Source: an uncultured bacterium
GTDB lineage: Bacteria > Hinthialibacterota > Hinthialibacteria > Hinthialibacterales > Hinthialibacteraceae
Assembly: GCA_964412555.1 (NCBI GenBank)
Contig: CAYPPG010000047.1
Coordinates: 1 to 63,403 of the forward strand
Direction: 5' to 3'
Length of the DNA stretch: 63,403 bases
The notes beneath the pieces were generated by a model. The model was given only the letters and a program-made list of their open reading frames with translations, did no database searches and was not told the origin of the DNA. The position numbers were made by a program, and so were the translations under genes. This document shows, one piece after another, positions 9,279 to 23,389 of this stretch. Position 1 is the stretch's first letter; each line of letters opens with the position of its first letter.

Positions 9279-10784
9279 TCATTCCAAACCAGATGAAAAA
9301 TACTTCTTCTTGATTTCTTCTTTCTGAATTTTCCGTGTGGCTGTCTTCGGCATTTCGTCGATAAACGTAAATTCTTCTGGTACTTTATATTCGGCCAAAT
9401 GTTCACGGCAATATTTTCGGAGTTCCGACACCGTGACTTTATCCTTTACCTCATCCTGCAAAACGAGAAAGGCATGGGGGATTTCCGTGCGTAATTTATT
9501 CGGTTCACCAACGACAGCGGCTTCGAGTACGCCAGGATGGCGGAGTAAGATTTCTTCGATTTCACGGGGATATATATTTTCCCCTCCACAAACAATTACA
9601 TCTTTCAACCGTCCGACGATTTGCAGATAACCATCCTCGTCTTTTACCGCCATGTCTCCGGTGCGGAACCAACCGTCTTCGAAGAAGGCTTCTTGCGTCA
9701 TTACAGAATTCTTATAGTAGCCCATCATGACGTTGTCACCGCGGACACACAGTTCCCCGATTACTCCGTTCCCGAGAGTTTTACCATTTTCATCTCGCAC
9801 ATCGACTTCAATGCCAGGCAACGGTGTACCGATGGTACCCATTCGATTTTGCCCCGGCCGGTTTGTCGCGACTACAGGTGAAGTTTCCGTTAAACCGTAT
9901 CCCTCCAGCAATTCATGGTCGAATTTTTTCACAAAGGCCTTGGCAACATCCTGTGGCAGCGGCCCGCCTCCTGAAACCAAGTGTCGAATTTTGTGATTTT
10001 TCGCGTTTTCTTTTGGCGTAAAATGTGTAATCATGTAAATCATCGGCGGTACGGCAACGAGAATCACATTGGGTTCCTTCATGATGACTTCGATCACTTT
10101 TTGTGGAACGAATTGGGGGAACAAAATGACCCGTGATCCTTTGAGCAACGCACCGAAGAGAATGACCGTCATCGCGAATGTATGAAATAAGGGGAGAATA
10201 CAGGGAAATGTGTCATCTTCGTTGAATTGGAGTACTTTCGTAAACCCGTCATAATTGCTGTAAATATTGAGATGCGAAAGCATCACTCCTTTTGGATCGC
10301 CTGTTGTGCCCGAAGTATATAAAATCATCGAAAGATCCTCCGGATTGACCTCCGGATCCAGGTTCGATGGATTCAGGTTTCCATTTTGCAGGATTTCGGG
10401 AATCGCCATTGGCTGAATCGGCACGTTCGCCAGCTTTGCCGTCGCTTCAGCCAGTTCTTTCAGCAACGGATCGTAAAGCAGAACCGGGGTTTCGGCATGC
10501 GACAACAATGTCGCCGCCTCTTCCGGTTTCAATAAAGGATTCAGGGGAACCGCCACATGTCCGGCTCCGAGCAATCCAAACAATCCAAACGGAAAATTGA
10601 TTGTATTGGGACAAAGCAACCCAACATTTTGCCGGGGAGTTGATAAGTGTTCTTTTAAATACTGGCCCACAATATTGGATTGATGTAGTAAATCTCCATA
10701 AGAAAGAAAACCGCCTTCCCATTCAAAAGCGGTTTTCCCGGAAAATCGCTCTGCAGACTGGCAAAAAGCATGGTACAATTCCAT
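9279..10784 (-). CDS. Long-chain acyl-CoA ligase (AMP-binding enzyme)
   Basis: YTSGTTGDPKG, EGYGLTETSP, GWFRTGD, GGENIYPREIE. Confidence 0.9.
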   Translation of the reverse strand: MELYHAFCQSAERFSGKTAFEWEGGFLSYGDLLHQSNIVGQYLKEHLSTPRQNVGLLCPNTINFPFGLFGLLGAGHVAVPLNPLLKPEEAATLLSHAETPVLLYDPLLKELAEATAKLANVPIQPMAIPEILQNGNLNPSNLDPEVNPEDLSMILYTSGTTGDPKGVMLSHLNIYSNYDGFTKVLQFNEDDTFPCILPLFHTFAMTVILFGALLKGSRVILFPQFVPQKVIEVIMKEPNVILVAVPPMIYMITHFTPKENAKNHKIRHLVSGGGPLPQDVAKAFVKKFDHELLEGYGLTETSPVVATNRPGQNRMGTIGTPLPGIEVDVRDENGKTLGNGVIGELCVRGDNVMMGYYKNSVMTQEAFFEDGWFRTGDMAVKDEDGYLQIVGRLKDVIVCGGENIYPREIEEILLRHPGVLEAAVVGEPNKLRTEIPHAFLVLQDEVKDKVTVSELRKYCREHLAEYKVPEEFTFIDEMPKTATRKIQKEEIKKKYFSSGLE

Positions 10785-10873
10785 ATGTTCAACCTCTTAA
10801 CAAGAAAAATTTACTAGAGTTCAGAAAGTAAAACATCATCGCAAAGAATTTTCAATCGATGCAGTAGAGAAAC

Positions 10874-11758
10874 CTATGAAAAATGAGAGGCAGGACTGTG
10901 ACCAAAATTCACATGGAAAACCGTCACTTCGGGTGGGCACCATAATCGGGGTTTCGTCAAACGGCCGGAGCCGACGCCGTGCGTAGTATGGAACACTGTA
11001 CCATTCATGCGCACCAAACCGGAAGCGAATTGTCTTGGCGCTGTTGTTCGAGTCACGAGAGGACCCACCAACGGCATCCGCACCTGCCCACCATGAGTAT
11101 GCCCACTGAAAACCATATCCGGCTCCAATTCGGATAGTTCCTTATACCGGTCGGGAGTATGCACGAGGACAAAACAAGGGCCTGATTTTTCATACCCTTC
11201 GAACGTTTTGCGAATATCATCCCTGTATTCATACGGATCGTCTACACCCGCAATCGTGAACGGTATTCCCTCGATCCGAATTTCGACGCGCTCGTTTTGC
11301 AGAACATGAATCCCTAACTCACGCAATCCCTGAATGAGGCGTGCCACATTGTTAGCCTGTTTATGCCGTTCCCGCGGTTTTGCTCCGGTACGATGAAACA
11401 GGTCACGCACAGTTATATGAACATAATCATGATTTCCTAAAACAGCATAAATACCATGGCGTGCTTTAAGCGGCTGAAGGGCTTCCAAACAAAGATCAAT
11501 GCCCGAATCGTCATCAATCAGATCACCGGTAATGAAAACCAAATCATACTGTTCTTTAGCCAAGCGATGCAAAAAACGGATTCTGGCCTGCCGTCCACTA
11601 TAAAAATGAAAGTCAGATAGATGCAGAATATTCAGAGGATTCAATGAAGGCCCCTTCAAATCCACTGCTTGCCGGAGAACCCGAAATCGCCGCGGTTCAA
11701 TAAACAAACCGTACGCTGCAACTCCAAGCACTGCACCTGCCGCCGTTTCGAAAAACAT
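10874..11758 (-). CDS. Metallophosphoesterase (YkuE/YaeI-like)
   Basis: DFH, GDLID, GNHD and GHTHGGQ motifs; N-terminal membrane anchor. Confidence 0.9.
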   Translation of the reverse strand: MFFETAAGAVLGVAAYGLFIEPRRFRVLRQAVDLKGPSLNPLNILHLSDFHFYSGRQARIRFLHRLAKEQYDLVFITGDLIDDDSGIDLCLEALQPLKARHGIYAVLGNHDYVHITVRDLFHRTGAKPRERHKQANNVARLIQGLRELGIHVLQNERVEIRIEGIPFTIAGVDDPYEYRDDIRKTFEGYEKSGPCFVLVHTPDRYKELSELEPDMVFSGHTHGGQVRMPLVGPLVTRTTAPRQFASGLVRMNGTVFHTTHGVGSGRLTKPRLWCPPEVTVFHVNFGHSPASHFS

Positions 11759-11778
11759 GAAAATCCCTCAGTAAAAGA

Positions 11779-12996
11779 TCAGGAAGGAGAACGTCCATTT
11801 CGATTCAAACGGAACCGTTCATTGAGCGCCGAATGTCTTGACCGGACTTTTTTCACATAGGTTCTACCGGCGGGGGGGATTCCATTGTAGCGTTCTACCC
11901 GGCCCGGTCCGACATAATAGGCCGCCAGCGCCGTATCTTCATCTTCAAACATTTCGATTAGAAATCGCAAATATTGCGTTCCCCCACGGATATTTTGTTC
12001 CGGATCGAACGGATCGCTTACGGCCAACTCTTTGGCCGTCGGCGGCATCAATTGCATCAATCCCTGTGCTCCTTTCGAAGAAACCACCTTGGAACGCCAG
12101 GATGATTCCGTATCGATTAAAGCCCAAACCAGTAAGGGATCGATTTCGTTTTCATTCGCATATTGTTCAACAAAAGCAAGCCATTCGAGCGGTGGAATTC
12201 TTTCTCCTTTTTTCCGGGCTTCTTTCGCGATTGACAGTATACCGGTCGAATTTGCACGTTGTTTTGCTCTCTTATTACGGGCACGAAATGCATGGGAAGC
12301 CAATTGATCCTCCCCATACAACAAGCTTTTTCTGCGCATGGCGACGATTTCTTCCCGAACCGTCTCCCACTGTTCTTTTGTAACCCCGTATTTCTCAGCA
12401 AGCATCAAGTGCCGCTCCGCCGTTTTCAAATCGTAATGATCCAAGCGGTCCCGTGCCATCAAGAGATGAAGGCGCCCCCTCACGGATCCCCAATAGTCGT
12501 TTTCATCCGAATACCGGCGCTTTAATTCATTGATGCCGGCTTGCAAGCCTCGGCGCTGGATCAATCGTTCAATTTCATGCTTCTCCGTGGCGCGTCTTTG
12601 CTCGGCATACTGTTGTCTGATTGTTTCAATTTTTTGCAAAGCCTCTTCACTTTGTTTGCGCCAATGGGGATACACAGCCGCTTTTTTGAGATAAAATTCC
12701 GCCCGTTCGAGTTTATCCTTTTCCAACAATTGGAGTCCCAATACCAACGAACTCTCCCCCGGCGAGGAAGGAATAATTCGTTCGATTGTATCCCGCAATA
12801 TAGAAATCATGCCACCGACATTTTCCACATTGACCGTGTGAGCTGTTTCAACAACAATATGCCCTTCAATGGTGACACTATTTTTCAACTTCACCACATC
12901 CAGATTCTCCCCTCCCCTTCCACTAGAAAGTTCGGGGAAGAACAACACATAACAGAAAATGGCAATAATACTTGAAAATTTAACGTTCTTCATCAT
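11779..12996 (-). CDS. Secreted lytic transglycosylase (SLT domain) with helical/TPR-like N-terminal region
   Basis: ES, GAQGLMQLMP, DPEQNI.GG.YL, ALAAY motifs; signal peptide. Confidence 0.85.
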   Translation of the reverse strand: MMKNVKFSSIIAIFCYVLFFPELSSGRGGENLDVVKLKNSVTIEGHIVVETAHTVNVENVGGMISILRDTIERIIPSSPGESSLVLGLQLLEKDKLERAEFYLKKAAVYPHWRKQSEEALQKIETIRQQYAEQRRATEKHEIERLIQRRGLQAGINELKRRYSDENDYWGSVRGRLHLLMARDRLDHYDLKTAERHLMLAEKYGVTKEQWETVREEIVAMRRKSLLYGEDQLASHAFRARNKRAKQRANSTGILSIAKEARKKGERIPPLEWLAFVEQYANENEIDPLLVWALIDTESSWRSKVVSSKGAQGLMQLMPPTAKELAVSDPFDPEQNIRGGTQYLRFLIEMFEDEDTALAAYYVGPGRVERYNGIPPAGRTYVKKVRSRHSALNERFRLNRNGRSPS

Positions 12997-13013
12997 TGAG
13001 ATATACAGTTTTT

Positions 13014-13039
13014 TTGTGTTGCAGACCTCTGGTCTGCAC
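13014..13039 (+). repeat. Palindromic repeat (REP-like)
   Basis: TGCAGACCTCTGGTCTGCAC (13020-13039) is identical to 45575-45594. Confidence 0.75.
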
Positions 13040-13087
13040 TATAAGTTTTCATAGATAATTATAAAACGGTAATTCGAGCATCCACTC

Positions 13088-13969
13088 CTAACGTCTTTGC
13101 AAATACTCGCGCAAAAAACGTTCCAACGACCGATTCGTTTTTACCAAAGTATAGTCAATCCCTCGTTCAAGACAACCATTTCGATATTCATCGATGAATT
13201 GATTGACACGCTCCACATAACGTTTTTTCAACCGTTTGGGAGAAGTCAATAATGGATCATGTTGGCCTTCGAGCGCATGAAATTCAATCGTTCCATGATA
13301 AGGCAGGTCGATCTCTTCCGGAGCCATTACATGAAACAGAAGGATTTCCTGCTGCTGTTTCCGCAAAAGGGACAAACTGCGAAGAACGGAAGCCGGATCG
13401 TCGATCAAATCCGAGATCAATATTATCATTCCCCGCTTCTTGATCATCTCTCCAATCTCTGACAAGACTGAGCGGATGTCGGATTCCTCGTCCGTTATTG
13501 GTGTTTCCGCCAAACGTTCCAGCAATACGCCCCATTGATCGGAACGCTGTCGGGGAGGAATATAGGAGCGTATTTGATTGTCGAAAACGGATATACCGAC
13601 GCTATCCCCCTGCATCAACATGAGATACGACAATGCAGCGGCCAACTGTTGAGCATAAGCGGCTTTCGAAATCGTCGATTCCCCGAATTGCATTGAACCA
13701 CTCAGGTCTGTCAAAATCAAAGCTCGAAGATTGGTGTCTTCCTCAAACAATTTGACGTGAAATCTGTCTGTTTTCGCATAAACCCGCCAATCCACCAAAC
13801 GCAGTTCATCCCCTGGATTATAGGGGCGATGCTCGTTGAATTCCACGTTTCGTCCTTGGTAATGACTATGATGTAAGCCGGAAACCGAACCTTCCACTGC
13901 CTGCCGGGCAATCAATTCCAAATGGGCAACCGACGACAATACCGCCGGATCGATTATTTTTGTATCCAT
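13088..13969 (-). CDS. DUF58 domain protein (MoxR-associated, vWA-like)
   Basis: EF.EHRPY.PGDELR.VDWR, DLSGSM, LISD motifs. Confidence 0.9.
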   Translation of the reverse strand: MDTKIIDPAVLSSVAHLELIARQAVEGSVSGLHHSHYQGRNVEFNEHRPYNPGDELRLVDWRVYAKTDRFHVKLFEEDTNLRALILTDLSGSMQFGESTISKAAYAQQLAAALSYLMLMQGDSVGISVFDNQIRSYIPPRQRSDQWGVLLERLAETPITDEESDIRSVLSEIGEMIKKRGMIILISDLIDDPASVLRSLSLLRKQQQEILLFHVMAPEEIDLPYHGTIEFHALEGQHDPLLTSPKRLKKRYVERVNQFIDEYRNGCLERGIDYTLVKTNRSLERFLREYLQRR

Positions 13970-14055
13970 ATTATTTATTGTTACGTTCTCTTCCAATTTT
14001 CTGTATGTGTATTGTATCTTAATCTCCATAATTCATCAGGTTTGGAAAAATCAAC

Positions 14056-17323
<3,268 letters not shown>

Positions 17324-17491
17324 CTCTGAAACTATCGAGACCCCCCAAACTAATTTTTATATAAACAAGTCCTCAAGCCATAGCCAAGTCTATCAACTCG
17401 ATTATAATATTTTATTTAACGCAGGAAACGAGTCTGTATTACAAAGTGTTCGCTTTTGAAGACAAAGCACAAAACACCGAAGGGGAGAATT

Positions 17492-17520
17492 TTGAATTCG
17501 CGCTCCTTTTTCGCTAAAAT
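17492..17520 (+). promoter_or_regulatory. Sigma70-type promoter
   Basis: TTGAAT-17-TAAAAT upstream of the Zn-ribbon gene. Confidence 0.55.
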
Positions 17521-17561
17521 AACCGGAAGCGATTTCTTTCACGTAGTGTGAAATATGCCGA

Positions 17562-17819
17562 GTGACAATGAATATATATGAAAAATATTTTGAAAATTAT
17601 ACATGTCCGAAATGCCGTGGGCGATCGTGCACAACGAGTGAAGTCTCTCTATCCAGCCTACCGAAAAAACTGATTATGGGAAAAAACAATCAACATTTTT
17701 TACTTGTCACTTGCACGCTTTGTGGGTATACGGAAATGTTCAATATGGAAGTGTTGGCCAATGTCAAAGAAAAAATCCCGGTGAAGCAGCCCTCTCCCGC
17801 AATTGAAAAGATGGAATGA
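17562..17819 (+). CDS. Small Zn-ribbon protein (DUF2082-like)
   Basis: CPKC...CTLCGYTEMF. Confidence 0.75.
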   Translation: MTMNIYEKYFENYTCPKCRGRSCTTSEVSLSSLPKKLIMGKNNQHFLLVTCTLCGYTEMFNMEVLANVKEKIPVKQPSPAIEKME

Positions 17820-17823
17820 CACT

Positions 17824-18354
17824 TTAGCGCTTGATGTGTTCGTCCCGCCGGGAACGCCGTCCATCCGTCAGAGCCGATTTAATTTTATTGGTGATCTTTT
17901 GACGGCTGGAATGTTGAATATACGCAATTTCTTCCGCCAGTGTCGCTAAGGCACTTTGATAAATCTCCGTTTCCGCTTTCGCTAGTTCGACCAGTTTCTC
18001 TTTGTAGAATAATGTTTTCACAATATTGATGATGGCTTCGGTGTTATGTTGTTTAATGTCTTCCTTTGCTTGGTCGGGTAGGATTCCGTACGTTTCATAG
18101 GATTCCCGTTGATCGTCCGGTACACGAATCGGTTCTCGGAAAAAGGCAAAGAGTTTCTCGATCTCTTCTTCCGTCAGAAGCGGCCGCAGTCCGCCGGCAT
18201 GAGCGAAGGAAAAAGGTACCATCACTTTGACATCCCCGGACTGCAATACATAATACTGCTGTTCTTCGCCATCGAGCTGCATGCGTCGAACAGCCTTGAT
18301 TTTACAAATCCCAAGACCTGCTTTCACGACGATATCACCGACACTGAAATTCAT
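17824..18354 (-). CDS. CarD/CdnL-like regulator (divergent)
   Basis: MNFSVGDIVV...YYVL...VMVP...GLRPL N-terminus; C-terminal 'A...LAEEIA' helix. Confidence 0.75.
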   Translation of the reverse strand: MNFSVGDIVVKAGLGICKIKAVRRMQLDGEEQQYYVLQSGDVKVMVPFSFAHAGGLRPLLTEEEIEKLFAFFREPIRVPDDQRESYETYGILPDQAKEDIKQHNTEAIINIVKTLFYKEKLVELAKAETEIYQSALATLAEEIAYIQHSSRQKITNKIKSALTDGRRSRRDEHIKR

Positions 18355-18396
18355 CTTTCATTTCAACCATTTCAACACTTTAGGGTTAGATACACA

Positions 18397-18421
18397 GACT
18401 GCCCGGATTATCCGGGCAGTC
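18397..18421. other. 11-bp perfect hairpin between clpX and the carD-like gene
   Basis: GACTGCCCGGA-TTA-TCCGGGCAGTC; no clear U-tract. Confidence 0.6.
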
Positions 18422-18558
18422 ATGCGCTTTTCGTTCTTTACAACGTTCACTCATCACTCTATATGCGAAATCAATTCAAATCCTATCCTTCATAACTATA
18501 TCTGTTATCGGGGAAGATTTTTAGATAGACTCCGTGATTAGAGGAAAACATCCACCAC

Positions 18559-19815
18559 TTACGCCGTTTCCACCTGATCTTCGAAAACAAGCAACGGATC
18601 CGAACCTTCGGCAATTACTTCTTTGGTGATGATGCATTTACTCACACCAGACATTGACGGAATATCATACATGATATCCAACATAGATTTTTCAAGGATC
18701 GCCCGAAGTCCCCTCGCTCCAGTCTTTCTCTCCATCGCCCGTTTGGCGACTTCTTCGAGAGCGTCGGTGGAAAATTCCAATTTGACATTTTCCAGTTCAA
18801 ATAGTTTTTGGTATTGTTTGCAGAAAGCGCTTTTCGGTTCGGTCAAGATTTTCTTCAAGGCTTCCAATCCCAATTCTTCGAGAGAAGTGATACAAGCGAA
18901 CCGGCCTACAAATTCGGGAATAAGACCAAATTTGAGCAAATCTTCCGGTTCGACGAGATTCAGCATGTTATTCTCGTCGATCGCGACGACACCTTCATTC
19001 GTCGTGTCGAAACCTATAACCCGTTTGCCGATTCTTCTCTCGATAATCTTGTCCAGCCCGACGAACGCCCCTCCACAAAGAAAAAGAATATCCGTGGTAT
19101 TCACTTGAATAAATTCTTGATGGGGGTGTTTCCGTCCTCCTTGCGGCGGAACATTGCAGACCGTTCCTTCAATGATTTTCAATAATGCCTGCTGTACCCC
19201 TTCGCCGGAAACGTCACGAGTAATGGATACATTCTGCGTAGTTCGGGCGATCTTGTCGATTTCATCGATATAAATAATACCTTTTTCCGCTTTTTCGACA
19301 TTGTACCCGGTCACCATCAATAACTTGAGAATAATATTTTCGACATCTTCTCCCACATATCCGGCTTCCGTCAATGTTGTCGCATCGACGATCGTGAACG
19401 GAACATTGAGTATCTTTGCCAATGTTTGGGCGATATATGTTTTGCCGGAACCGGTGGGTCCCAACATCAAGATATTGCTTTTCTGCAATTCAACATCGTT
19501 ATTGATGGCCTCATGATACCGAATCCGCTTGAAGTGATTATGAACAGCAACAGACACTGTTCGTTTGGTCTTTTCCTGACCGATGACGTATTGATCGAGT
19601 GCTTCTTTGATTTCTTTCGGTTTCAAAAATTCGCGCAGTTCGACTTCGATTTCTTCATCGAGTACGCTATTACATAACAAGACGCATTCATTACAAATAT
19701 AAGCAGGTTGCGAGGTGTGTTTCTGAGGAGGACCCGCTATCAATTTCTTCACTTCGTCTTGATGTTTCCCGCAGAACGAGCAGTATAATGGCTTGTTCTT
19801 GCTGGTATAATCCAT
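18559..19815 (-). CDS. clpX: Clp protease ATP-binding subunit ClpX
   Basis: CSFCGK Zn-binding domain, [19 protein letters not shown] loop, IGF. Confidence 0.97.
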   Translation of the reverse strand: MDYTSKNKPLYCSFCGKHQDEVKKLIAGPPQKHTSQPAYICNECVLLCNSVLDEEIEVELREFLKPKEIKEALDQYVIGQEKTKRTVSVAVHNHFKRIRYHEAINNDVELQKSNILMLGPTGSGKTYIAQTLAKILNVPFTIVDATTLTEAGYVGEDVENIILKLLMVTGYNVEKAEKGIIYIDEIDKIARTTQNVSITRDVSGEGVQQALLKIIEGTVCNVPPQGGRKHPHQEFIQVNTTDILFLCGGAFVGLDKIIERRIGKRVIGFDTTNEGVVAIDENNMLNLVEPEDLLKFGLIPEFVGRFACITSLEELGLEALKKILTEPKSAFCKQYQKLFELENVKLEFSTDALEEVAKRAMERKTGARGLRAILEKSMLDIMYDIPSMSGVSKCIITKEVIAEGSDPLLVFEDQVETA

Positions 19816-19905
19816 TGGAATCCTCTCTTCTTGTTTTTTTGAGTTCGAATTTGCTTCACTCCCCATTTTATTGTATAGGGATTTTACAACATAGTATACA
19901 TCAAT

Positions 19906-20544
19906 CTACTCGGATTCATCGTCTTTTTGTTCTTCTTTTTGATCCTGAGCATTCTCACCGGGTTTGATGGGCAGAAAGATCGAATCGACCAAACCGTATT
20001 CTTTCGCCTCCTCAGGCGACATGAAAAAATCACGATCGGAATCTTTTTCAATCTTCTCGATCGGTTGATTGGTATGGAATGCCATAATTTCATTCAGGCG
20101 TTTTTTCAGGTTCAAAATTTCACGCGCCCGAATTTCAATATCGGATGCTTGGCCCTGAAATCCTCCCATCGGTTGGTGAATCATAATTCGTGCATTCGGT
20201 AGAGCGTGACGTTTCCCTGATGCCCCTGCACATAAGAGCACTGCCGCCATACTCGCCGCCAATCCCATACAGGTAGTCGCCACTGCAGGACGGACATATT
20301 GAATCGTGTCGTAGATCGCCAAACCGGCACTGACCGATCCACCGGGACTGTTAATGTAGAGTTGTATATCTTTTTCCGGGTCTTCGGCCTGCAAAAATAA
20401 CAATTGCGCAATCACGAGATTTGCCATGTGATCCTCGATGGGATCACCAATAAAGATAATTCGATCTTTTAAAAGTCTTGAGTAGATATCATAGGCGCGT
20501 TCGCCCCTATTCGTCTGCTCCACTACCATCGGTATCAATACCAC
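19906..20544 (-). CDS. clpP: Clp protease proteolytic subunit
   Basis: [26 protein letters not shown]; GTG start with GGAGG RBS. Confidence 0.97.
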   Translation of the reverse strand: MVLIPMVVEQTNRGERAYDIYSRLLKDRIIFIGDPIEDHMANLVIAQLLFLQAEDPEKDIQLYINSPGGSVSAGLAIYDTIQYVRPAVATTCMGLAASMAAVLLCAGASGKRHALPNARIMIHQPMGGFQGQASDIEIRAREILNLKKRLNEIMAFHTNQPIEKIEKDSDRDFFMSPEEAKEYGLVDSIFLPIKPGENAQDQKEEQKDDESE

Positions 20545-21910
20545 TTTGATTCTCCTCCGATTCTTGTGTGCTATCCGTTACTTCTTCCTGCGATGGCTCA
20601 CTGCCTTTTACCATCCGCTTTTGCAGTTCATCGAGAACTTTCTGCTCAAGCGCCTCTTGGCGGAAAAACTCCGTCAGTCCCTCGGCTTCCAATCGTCTCA
20701 TAAAAGACCCGGGATCGGTATTGTATTGTAATGCAACTTGTTGAATGTGACGGGAAAACTCTTCATCCGTGACCTCGATATTCTCCTCTTTCCCGATCTT
20801 TTGCAGAAGGATTGACATTTTCACATCCCCTACCGCTCTTTGCCGGTTCCGTTCCAAATGCTGTTCGTCTCGCTGGACAAGAGAATCCAAAGAGGATCCC
20901 ATTCGCTGCAACTCACGATCTTGAGTTGCATTGATATAATTATATCGGTTTTCTACCATGCTGGGGGGAACCTCGATCGGATTTCGTTCTAAAAGTTTTT
21001 CCCGAATGGACTGATAGATTTGATCCTGCTTTTCATATTCTTTTCTTTGCTTCAAATTATTCCGAATCGTATCTTTCAATTCATCCAGGGTCTCATATTC
21101 TCCTAGATCTTTTGCAAATTCATCGTCCAGATCCGGCAATTTCCGTTCCCGAATTTGCTTGACTTTGACGTTGAACACTCCCTCTTTTCCTCGTTTCTCT
21201 TCAAGCGAGTGTTCTTCAGGAATCGTAAGCCGGATTTCTTTCTCCTCATCCGTTTTCATCCCGATGAGTTCTTCTTCAAAACCTTTTATATATTGGCCGG
21301 TACCGATTTGAACCACTATTTCATCATGGGTCGCTTCTTCAAACGGTTCGCCGTCGACTGTGGCGTCGCAGGAAATTGTTACATGATCCCCATGTGCCAC
21401 CGGGCGATCATCGATGGTGGCAAACATTGCATTCTCTTCACGCTGCCGGTTCAACACATCGATGACTTCACTTTCCGTCACTTCATTGGAAGGCGGCTCG
21501 ACCTCAATATCTTTGTATTCCACCGATTCCGGTTCCGGTCTGTACTCGAATTTCACTTCGAAGACAATCGGTTTCGATTCTTCCGGTTGGTCTTGAACCG
21601 CCTCGCCCTCCGGTTCTTCATTCAGTTCTTTGATGTCAGGAGATGCAATCGGATTCAAATCCAATTCCTCCGTCGCTTTTTTGAATGCCTCGTTCATTGC
21701 CTTTTGGACGGCCTCTTTCTTCAATTCTTTACCATAGCGCATCTTGGCAATCGTTCGAGGGACTTTTCCTTTTCGAAATCCCGGAACAGCGGCATTCTCC
21801 ATAAATTCCTTATACACATCATCCAATTCCTTGTCGATGTCATCTGTCGGGATTTCAATCTTTAATGTTTTTGTACAGGTGTCTGTTTCTTGTTGTTCCA
21901 GGATTTTCAA
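20507..21910 (-). CDS. tig: Trigger factor
   Basis: PGFRKGKVP ribosome-binding signature, FKBP-like domain, LDDEFAK. TTG start inferred from GAGGAG RBS. Confidence 0.95.
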   Translation of the reverse strand: MKILEQQETDTCTKTLKIEIPTDDIDKELDDVYKEFMENAAVPGFRKGKVPRTIAKMRYGKELKKEAVQKAMNEAFKKATEELDLNPIASPDIKELNEEPEGEAVQDQPEESKPIVFEVKFEYRPEPESVEYKDIEVEPPSNEVTESEVIDVLNRQREENAMFATIDDRPVAHGDHVTISCDATVDGEPFEEATHDEIVVQIGTGQYIKGFEEELIGMKTDEEKEIRLTIPEEHSLEEKRGKEGVFNVKVKQIRERKLPDLDDEFAKDLGEYETLDELKDTIRNNLKQRKEYEKQDQIYQSIREKLLERNPIEVPPSMVENRYNYINATQDRELQRMGSSLDSLVQRDEQHLERNRQRAVGDVKMSILLQKIGKEENIEVTDEEFSRHIQQVALQYNTDPGSFMRRLEAEGLTEFFRQEALEQKVLDELQKRMVKGSEPSQEEVTDSTQESEENQSGIDTDGSGADE

Positions 21911-22173
21911 GATTCTACCGCTCCTCGTTCTATAGTCATTTCCATCAATAATGTTGCCATAATCTTCAACCAACGTTATCGCTCAAAATCGCCAACTCCA
22001 GTATACGCAATCCATTGATGACTGCCTTCCGGTATATGATTTTCTCACAACTTATTTTTCGATCTGAGCTGATATTTCCCTTGTGCCAAAAGGCGTTGGC
22101 TACGATTCCTTCATTATTCTGTTTTATCTTGATTACAAGAAATATGAATTGAAGATTAATCTAAAATTTTAAC

Positions 22174-23376
22174 CTATCTTTTCGGTTCATCAATGTCAAG
22201 AATCCTTTTACGCTTGCTTTCCTTTAAACACTCCTGGTAAGCATTCAGCAATGTTTCCACCCCATGTTCCCACGTAAAATGATTCAGTGCTCGTTTACGT
22301 GCTCTTTCCCCATCTTGCTTTTTCCGGTTCGGATCCTCTAAATATGCTAAGATTCCTTCAGCCAGTGATTCGACACTACCCGCTTTCACCGTGATTCCGC
22401 CCCCTTTTATCATCCATGGTGCTTCTCCGACATCAGTCGCCACGATCGGTTTTCCGGCTGCCATATATTCGGCGATTTTCAGCGGGCTTTTTGCTCGTGT
22501 CGCTTTCGATTCATCGAAACAAGCCACACAAAGGTCCGCGGCATTGACGACAGCGGGAATCCGTTCTGCTTCAATGTAGCCGGGGATAAACAACGCTTCA
22601 CGCGCTTCCGATTGTTGGGCTTGATCCCGTACATCTTTCAATTGCTCTCCTCCCCCAATGAGTAGGAATTGGCAATTCGGCATTTTCTTGAGAACCAATG
22701 GAGCCGCTTCAAGCAATCGATTGGCATACGCGGCGCCTTCCATTTGACCGATGTACAGAACAGTTTGCTTGTTTGGATCCAATCCGAATTGGGAATATAT
22801 CTCTCGATTCACAGGAGAAGGGAGAAAGCGAGTGCAATCAGCACCTACCGGCAAATGCCACATTCGTTCCGATGGAAATCCGAAAGCCAATGCACGATCG
22901 CGAATCGCTTGGCTTGAATAGGTGATTGTTGTGGCAAAATGTGGTAAATTATTTTCATAAACGGCCAGTTGGAGTCGTGAAAAAAAGCGTTTTTCGACTT
23001 TTTGGGCAATGGCAGTCTCATCGTCATCCCAATCGTAATGGAGGGGTATTTGCAACATCCGGCATATCCATAAAAGGGGAAGTGCTGTGGCAGCAAATGA
23101 TTTTTGCAGATGGACAAGATCACATTCGCTCGCAAGACGGTAAAGTACTCTTCCATTTCGAAATACATGGAATTGCCGAGGGAATAAATCATAGACAGGG
23201 GGATCGTCCTCCCTCAGTTGCCGAAGCGGCGGATGATCGGGTTTCTCCTTTCGGGGCAGGTGACAGAGAAATACTCTCCACCCCTGTCTTGTAAGTCCAC
23301 GCGCCAATTGAAGTATCCGGATTGTCCAAGGATCAAAACGGAGATCATGCGGATGAACCATTAAAACTGTTTTCAT
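22174..23376 (-). CDS. Glycosyltransferase family 4
   Basis: SPLKIAEYMAAGKPIVATDVG motif. Confidence 0.9.
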   Translation of the reverse strand: MKTVLMVHPHDLRFDPWTIRILQLARGLTRQGWRVFLCHLPRKEKPDHPPLRQLREDDPPVYDLFPRQFHVFRNGRVLYRLASECDLVHLQKSFAATALPLLWICRMLQIPLHYDWDDDETAIAQKVEKRFFSRLQLAVYENNLPHFATTITYSSQAIRDRALAFGFPSERMWHLPVGADCTRFLPSPVNREIYSQFGLDPNKQTVLYIGQMEGAAYANRLLEAAPLVLKKMPNCQFLLIGGGEQLKDVRDQAQQSEAREALFIPGYIEAERIPAVVNAADLCVACFDESKATRAKSPLKIAEYMAAGKPIVATDVGEAPWMIKGGGITVKAGSVESLAEGILAYLEDPNRKKQDGERARKRALNHFTWEHGVETLLNAYQECLKESKRKRILDIDEPKR

Positions 23377-23389
23377 ACGAGTTGATCAA

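Noticed and set aside
21155-21865. Long antisense ORFs (also 42791-43477, 60971-61678, 11838-12383)
   Set aside because: Shadow frames of well-supported genes with no recognisable motifs.
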